Shown: piece after piece, positions 59,177-64,000 of the stretch
How positions within the stretch are numbered: position 1 is the stretch's first letter
Layout: every line of letters begins with the position of its first letter
DNA from: a virus
Lineage: Duplodnaviria > Caudoviricetes
Reading direction: 5' to 3' (one strand)
IMG/VR virus record: IMGVR_UViG_2940244548_000002
Span: 50,946 to 114,945 of that record
DNA: 64,000 bases
The notes under the pieces: generated by a model
What the model was told of the DNA's origin: nothing
The model's input: the letters and a program-made list of their open reading frames with translations, nothing else
Database searches by the model: none
Made by a program: the position numbers and the translations under genes

Positions 59177-60580
59177 ATGGGTTTATTGATTGGTGTGGGG
59201 AATACAACCCCACAATTTCCATACAATTCACTTTGGTATGGAATAAAAATTAACCTCAAAAACACAGGCAAGAGTACGGATGATGGTAAACTGGAGCGGG
59301 TTGGAAACTTAGACCTGCACAGAAGTTTGCCAGTGCATAGCCGTATTAAACGCTTTGTAGCTAAAGAGGATGGAACAGTAAATTATTGGCTTGGAGCTAA
59401 TGACAGTACATTAAAAGAGGGCGGTGGTGCTGCAAAGCTAAATGCTGTAGATGGCAATGTAATGCTTTACAAACCCGATTACTGGAGGCGAATAGAGTTT
59501 GATGGTGATTACATGCTGGTTGCTGTTAGTGAGGTAGAATTACCGGGATTTACTTATATGAAAGAGAGCGCACGTAGTCCGTGGTTAGCTACTCTTGATA
59601 GGGTAAATAACAAGGCTGTTAGTGCATCCTTTTTGCAATGGAATACTGATGGCTCAATAAAAAGAGATGGTACTACAGGTTTACCTGCTTTGACCGATAA
59701 TGCTGCTGACTTTAGAGGAGGCAATAATACAGCTGGCAATGACAATACAGTAAAGACACAACTGGGTATGCCTGCAACATCCATTACCAAAGCAACTGCA
59801 CGTACAAGATGCAAAGCCATTAACGCAAAATGGCATCTTGGTGGCTATCGGTTCAGAGAGGAAATGTCTTGGCTTATGGCTATTGAGTTTGGTACTCTGG
59901 ATTCACAAGCTGCCTACAATGCAGCAAAAACAGCAGATGGATATGCACAGGGAGGGCTTGGTAATGGTACTTATGTTGTTAGTGGAGAATGGAGTGCTTT
60001 TAATGGCTATTATCCTTTTATCCCATGTGGTGTAACAGCAAAACTGGGTAATAACACAGGTATTGTAGATTATGTTATTAAAGGCTGGACTACAGGAGTA
60101 GACAAAACGGTAAAGGTTGCCAGCTATAGAGGCTGGGAAGCTCCACAACAATACCTTTGGGATTTAAACGATGATGTTATTATCTGGCATGGTAAGCCTA
60201 GCGATGGTAACACATCTCTTTTCTATGTATGCGAGGATAGCAGCAAGTTTGTTACTCCAGCAGATACTTCTACAGATATACCTGATGGATACAAAGAAGT
60301 TGGAGCTTTGCCCAGAGCATCTGGCTATATTGTTTCTATGGCTTCTGGTAATGGTTGGACTTGCCCAGATAGCGTAACTGGAGGGGCTAGTAACAAAAAT
60401 TATTGTGATTATTATTGGTATCCTGCTGTTAGTGATACAGCTAACTGGGGTTGGTTTTGCCTCCTTGCTGGTGTCAGTGCGACTTCTGCGGAGGATGCGG
60501 GTGTGCGTGGAGCGTATGCGGGTACTCGTGGCTCGACTTCGGATACGCATGGAGGTTTTCCCTTGTGCCTTGATTTATAG
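59177..60580 (+). CDS. DGR2 proximal target: tail adhesin / receptor-binding protein
   Basis: Homolog of 572..1924; ends ...HGGFPLCLDL encoded by VR2. Confidence 0.87.
   Translation: MGLLIGVGNTTPQFPYNSLWYGIKINLKNTGKSTDDGKLERVGNLDLHRSLPVHSRIKRFVAKEDGTVNYWLGANDSTLKEGGGAAKLNAVDGNVMLYKPDYWRRIEFDGDYMLVAVSEVELPGFTYMKESARSPWLATLDRVNNKAVSASFLQWNTDGSIKRDGTTGLPALTDNAADFRGGNNTAGNDNTVKTQLGMPATSITKATARTRCKAINAKWHLGGYRFREEMSWLMAIEFGTLDSQAAYNAAKTADGYAQGGLGNGTYVVSGEWSAFNGYYPFIPCGVTAKLGNNTGIVDYVIKGWTTGVDKTVKVASYRGWEAPQQYLWDLNDDVIIWHGKPSDGNTSLFYVCEDSSKFVTPADTSTDIPDGYKEVGALPRASGYIVSMASGNGWTCPDSVTGGASNKNYCDYYWYPAVSDTANWGWFCLLAGVSATSAEDAGVRGAYAGTRGSTSDTHGGFPLCLDL
60453..60571 (+). repeat. DGR2 variable repeat (VR2)
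   Basis: 119-nt ungapped match to 60668-60786; all 14 mismatches at TR adenines. Confidence 0.96.
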
Positions 60581-60667
60581 GGCAATGCGTGGCGTTTTTT
60601 TGAACACATGGGTGTGTTTCAATACAAAGTTTCTTTGAAATAATAATAAAACGGTTTACGGAGATGC

Positions 60668-60786
60668 GGTTTTGCCTCCTTGCTGGTGTCAATGCGAATA
60701 ATGCGGAGAATGCGGGTGTGCGTGGAGCGAATGCGAATAATCGTGGCTCGAATTCGGATACGAATGGAGGTTTTCCCTTGAACCAT
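60668..60786 (+). ncRNA. DGR2 template repeat (TR2)
   Basis: Nine in-frame AAT codons; template for both VR2 and VR3. Confidence 0.96.
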
Positions 60787-60904
60787 TACGGTTTTCCTTT
60801 AATGCGAGAACTATTCTTATCTCCGTAAACCTTGCCACTTGGCAAAATAATACGGTTAAAATAAAGTGCTGGTAGGCTTTATGCTCGAAAGCTCTTATTA
60901 GACA

Positions 60905-61912
60905 ATGGCACAGAGAATATATAATTGTTACTGGAAAGTATGCGACCCACAAAATGTATTACATGCAACATATAATACAGTAAAGGGCAAAAAGCGTAGG
61001 CATGATGTTCAACGCCTATTAAACGGCAATTACATACAATCCGTTACAGATGTATGGGAGATGTTGGAGAAGCAAACCTATGTGCCAAGTAAATATCACA
61101 CGAAAATTATCAACGATGGTAAAGAACGTAGGCTTATTATAGCTCCTCTATACCCAGATAGGATAGTACACCATTGTTTGATTGATGTGATTGAGAATGA
61201 TTTAAGGAAACTATTTATTGCAAACACCTATGCCTGTATAAAAGGGCGTGGAATGCACAGCTGCTTATACTCTTTGAATAAGGCTCTACAAAGAGATAAG
61301 AGAGGTACTAAATATTGCTTAAAACTCGACATACGGCATTATTACGATAGTATTGTGCATGATATACTGAAAGATATTATTGCGCATAAAATCGGAGATA
61401 AACAAATGCTCTGGTTAATAAATACAATAATTGATAGTACGGAGGGTGGTATCGGTTTGCCAATAGGTTTTTTAACTAGCCAGCATTTTGCTAACCTTTA
61501 TTTAACTCCTTTTGACCACTGGGTTAAGGAGGTATTGAGGGTAAGATATTATTATCGGTACATGGATGATATGGTAATATTGAGTGATAGCAAGGATAAA
61601 CTACATACCATACTGGATAGAATAAGAGAGTACTTACAGGAAAGGCTACAGCTAAAAATAAAAGATAATTGGCAGATATTCCCTGTAGATGCACGCTCTA
61701 TAGACTTTGTGGGCTATAAAAGCAACCACTATAATATACTAGTCCGAAAGAGTATTTTATACAGGTATTGGAAAAAGTTACACAAGGTTGCCAAAAAGTA
61801 TGGGTTTATTGATGAGACTATAATAAAGAAAGAGTTAGCTGCCCACTGGGGATGGCTTTTGCATTGCAGTGAGGAGCATAAAAATAAAATATTTGAAATT
61901 TCTAAAATGTAA
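60905..61912 (+). CDS. DGR reverse transcriptase (RT2)
   Basis: GLPIGFLTSQHFAN, YYRYMDD; homologous to RT1. Confidence 0.95.
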   Translation: MAQRIYNCYWKVCDPQNVLHATYNTVKGKKRRHDVQRLLNGNYIQSVTDVWEMLEKQTYVPSKYHTKIINDGKERRLIIAPLYPDRIVHHCLIDVIENDLRKLFIANTYACIKGRGMHSCLYSLNKALQRDKRGTKYCLKLDIRHYYDSIVHDILKDIIAHKIGDKQMLWLINTIIDSTEGGIGLPIGFLTSQHFANLYLTPFDHWVKEVLRVRYYYRYMDDMVILSDSKDKLHTILDRIREYLQERLQLKIKDNWQIFPVDARSIDFVGYKSNHYNILVRKSILYRYWKKLHKVAKKYGFIDETIIKKELAAHWGWLLHCSEEHKNKIFEISKM

Positions 61913-61917
61913 AAATT

Positions 61918-62307
61918 ATGAATGACAGATTAAGTAAAGGGATACGTAGCGATGAGCTACAGCCCACATTCGATGTTATCGACAAACTGAAAGGTACAAC
62001 GCTTTACAACTATAACCAGCACTGGGTAGAAGTAGAGCAAGAAGATGGTAAAAAGGCAAAAAAGAATGAGTATAATAGCCTTAGAGTTGATTATCCAGTA
62101 AATGCCAATACCGTTTTTGGCACTCTTCTTACAGCGGTTTATCCAGAGAATGAAGAGCAAAAGTTACTCAACGATTACAATGCAGCCATTGCTGGTATTG
62201 AGCCAGAGGAGAAAAAGCAGCCGTATTTAGATTTTCTAAATGCCCGCAAATCTTTTCGTGCAATGGTTGATGCAGATTGTACAACAAACAATATCCCATT
62301 GAAATGA
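61918..62307 (+). CDS. Conserved RT-adjacent protein A
   Basis: Homolog of 3275..3709. Confidence 0.75.
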   Translation: MNDRLSKGIRSDELQPTFDVIDKLKGTTLYNYNQHWVEVEQEDGKKAKKNEYNSLRVDYPVNANTVFGTLLTAVYPENEEQKLLNDYNAAIAGIEPEEKKQPYLDFLNARKSFRAMVDADCTTNNIPLK

Positions 62308-62311
62308 TAGT

Positions 62312-62725
62312 ATGGGAGCGGAAACATTTGATTTTGCAGACCTTCCACTGCAAGGGGAGGCTGCAAGCTCTACAATGCCCAGCGGTGATTATCCCTCTAT
62401 TGATGAGGTAATAAATAAACCGATATGGGTTACTGGTTTTACCAATAATGTAGAGACTGCAAATGGCAACAGATGTGTAGTTAATTTTAAGTGGGAACTG
62501 GAGGAGGCAGAAACAGCCTTTTTTACATCCTCTAAAAAGCTAATATCTGTGCTAACCAATGCGGGCATACGTTTTCCTTTTCATACAATAATTAAGGTGG
62601 TGTTCATCCGTGAAATGGCTTCTTTCGTTTTTCGCAGTAGTAAAGAAGCAATTTCACAGGAGGACATGGATAGCCTTAATATGTATTTAATTAAGAAACG
62701 TAGTTATTTGAAACAAAGAAGATAA
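62312..62725 (+). CDS. Conserved RT-adjacent protein B
   Basis: Homolog of 3702..4097. Confidence 0.75.
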   Translation: MGAETFDFADLPLQGEAASSTMPSGDYPSIDEVINKPIWVTGFTNNVETANGNRCVVNFKWELEEAETAFFTSSKKLISVLTNAGIRFPFHTIIKVVFIREMASFVFRSSKEAISQEDMDSLNMYLIKKRSYLKQRR

Positions 62726-62727
62726 AC

Positions 62728-63375
62728 ATGGACTGGCAAGGAATAGCAACGCTCGTAACGGCTTTAGGTGTAATAATACTCGGTATTGCAGTGCCTATCA
62801 TAAACTCTAAACAAAAGAGGAAAGAAAAAGAGTGGGATTTAGAACTAAACAGGAGGTTTGATAAGGCAAAAAAAGAGGATGATATTGAAAAGGCAAAATT
62901 AAGTGAAACATACTCCAAACTTTATGGCTATATGTGGAAGTTGCTTTTTGCTGTAGATGCGGATAGGGTATTTATAATACAACCACATCCGATGATTGAC
63001 AAGCAATATATATCCGTTTCTCTGGAGATAACGCATCCCGATAGGGATGTAGCCACTCATAAAGAGAATTTCCAATTTAAGCGCATGTCTGAATGGGCTG
63101 GGCTGGTTGCCAAAATAGGTAATGATGATTGGATGATCTACCGAAGCGTTGCCGAGATAAAAGATAATAAAATATTTTCGGAAGCACATAGGCGAGGCTT
63201 ACAAACGTTGTTATTCCGTAAACTGGTTGATGAAAATGGTTATTGGGAGGGTAATTTGTGCGTGGAGTACACGCACACCCGCCCAGATAATCTGGATTAT
63301 ATTAAGGAGCAAATGACTACTAAAGCGAGATTAATAGAGGACATTTTACCCGAATATCAACCTTTACATGCTTAA
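62728..63375 (+). CDS. Single-TM protein in holin position
   Basis: N-terminal TM helix, soluble domain with ADRVFI (GAF-like); directly before endolysin. Confidence 0.5.
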   Translation: MDWQGIATLVTALGVIILGIAVPIINSKQKRKEKEWDLELNRRFDKAKKEDDIEKAKLSETYSKLYGYMWKLLFAVDADRVFIIQPHPMIDKQYISVSLEITHPDRDVATHKENFQFKRMSEWAGLVAKIGNDDWMIYRSVAEIKDNKIFSEAHRRGLQTLLFRKLVDENGYWEGNLCVEYTHTRPDNLDYIKEQMTTKARLIEDILPEYQPLHA

Positions 63376-63400
63376 AAAGCGTGTATATATACCACACTTT

Positions 63401-64000
63401 ATGATGAAAATTTTAATTGATAACGGACATGGGGAGAATACAGCTGGCAAGCGGTCTCCCCGCTGGGCTGACGGCTCACAATTGTTTGAATGGAAATACA
63501 CACGTGAAATAGCAAAGCGTGTGGAGGAAGAGCTTAAAAAGCATGGTGTAGATGTGGAGAGAATTGTACCAGAGGATACCGATATATCCATTACTGAAAG
63601 ATGCAGGAGGGCAAACCAAATAGCAGCCAGAGTAGGTAAACAAAACTGCTTGCTGGTATCCATCCACAATAATGCATCACAAAATGGTAAAGCTCGTGGC
63701 TGGGAAGTACATACTTATTTGGGACAGAGCAAGAGCGATGAGTATGCTACAGTATTTTGGGAAACAGCAAAGGAGTTCCTGCCAGTAGGAGCAAACAAGA
63801 TGCGTTCAGATTGGAGCGATGGCGACCCTGATTGGGATAGCAATTTTGGTATTTTGCGGGGCACTACTTGCTGGGCATTATTAACAGAAAACCTTTTTAT
63901 GGATAATGAGGAGGATTGCCGTTTCTTACTATCTCCAGAGGGCAAATCGGTTATTGTAGATATCCATGTTAAAGCCATACTTAAAATTGTTGGAAAATGA
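63401..64000 (+). CDS. N-acetylmuramoyl-L-alanine amidase (endolysin)
   Basis: IDNGHG, SIHNNA, LTENLFMDN; homolog of 4560..5144. Confidence 0.93.
   Translation: MMKILIDNGHGENTAGKRSPRWADGSQLFEWKYTREIAKRVEEELKKHGVDVERIVPEDTDISITERCRRANQIAARVGKQNCLLVSIHNNASQNGKARGWEVHTYLGQSKSDEYATVFWETAKEFLPVGANKMRSDWSDGDPDWDSNFGILRGTTCWALLTENLFMDNEEDCRFLLSPEGKSVIVDIHVKAILKIVGK

Larger units (their letters stand above)
6069..64000 (+). mobile_element. Prophage 2 (siphovirus-like, DGR-bearing); runs past the window end
   Basis: tRNA-integrase-repressor-replication-terminase-portal-capsid-tail-tape measure-DGR-lysis order. Confidence 0.95.

Noticed and set aside
6069-64000. Additional targets of TR1 in prophage 2, or a third target of TR2
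   Set aside because: No further matches seen by eye; a BLASTN-short self-search would be needed to exclude them
1-64000. CRISPR array or rRNA
   Set aside because: No regularly spaced repeats with unique spacers; the 19-bp motif is dispersed, not arrayed
6273-64000. Apparent excess of CTGGAG/CCAGAG hexamers
   Set aside because: Plausibly codon-pair usage (Leu-Glu, Pro-Glu, Ala-Gly); cannot be quantified by eye

Overview
The window is almost entirely temperate-phage DNA of Bacteroidota type, judged from TAnnTTTG promoter boxes and the gene families present. Bases 1-5980 are the right end of one prophage: tail adhesin, a complete diversity-generating retroelement (DGR1), lysis genes and an att-like tRNA-Arg fragment. 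An intact tRNA-Arg(CCT) at 6069-6140 is followed by a nearly complete second siphovirus-like prophage: integrase, repressor switch, RecT recombination, replication, accessory genes, ParB-methyltransferase plus SAM decarboxylase, terminase, portal, MuF-ADP-ribosyltransferase toxin, a leftward accessory operon with an ADP-ribosylhydrolase, head, tail, DGR2 and lysis. The most notable system is DGR2. Its single template repeat (60668-60786) matches, with adenine-only mismatches, both the adjacent tail adhesin and an internal segment of a small non-structural early gene 45.9 kb upstream (14798-14912). Neither DGR has an avd gene. Both instead have a covarying 13-bp inverted repeat clamping the TR, conserved spacer motifs and the same pair of unknown genes after the RT. 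Also seen: an 8-copy 19-bp palindromic operator, a displaced copy of the origin iterons, a C4/CI-like antisense RNA leader, and a sharp GATC-frequency contrast between the two prophages. All protein calls come from motif recognition by eye, not database searches.
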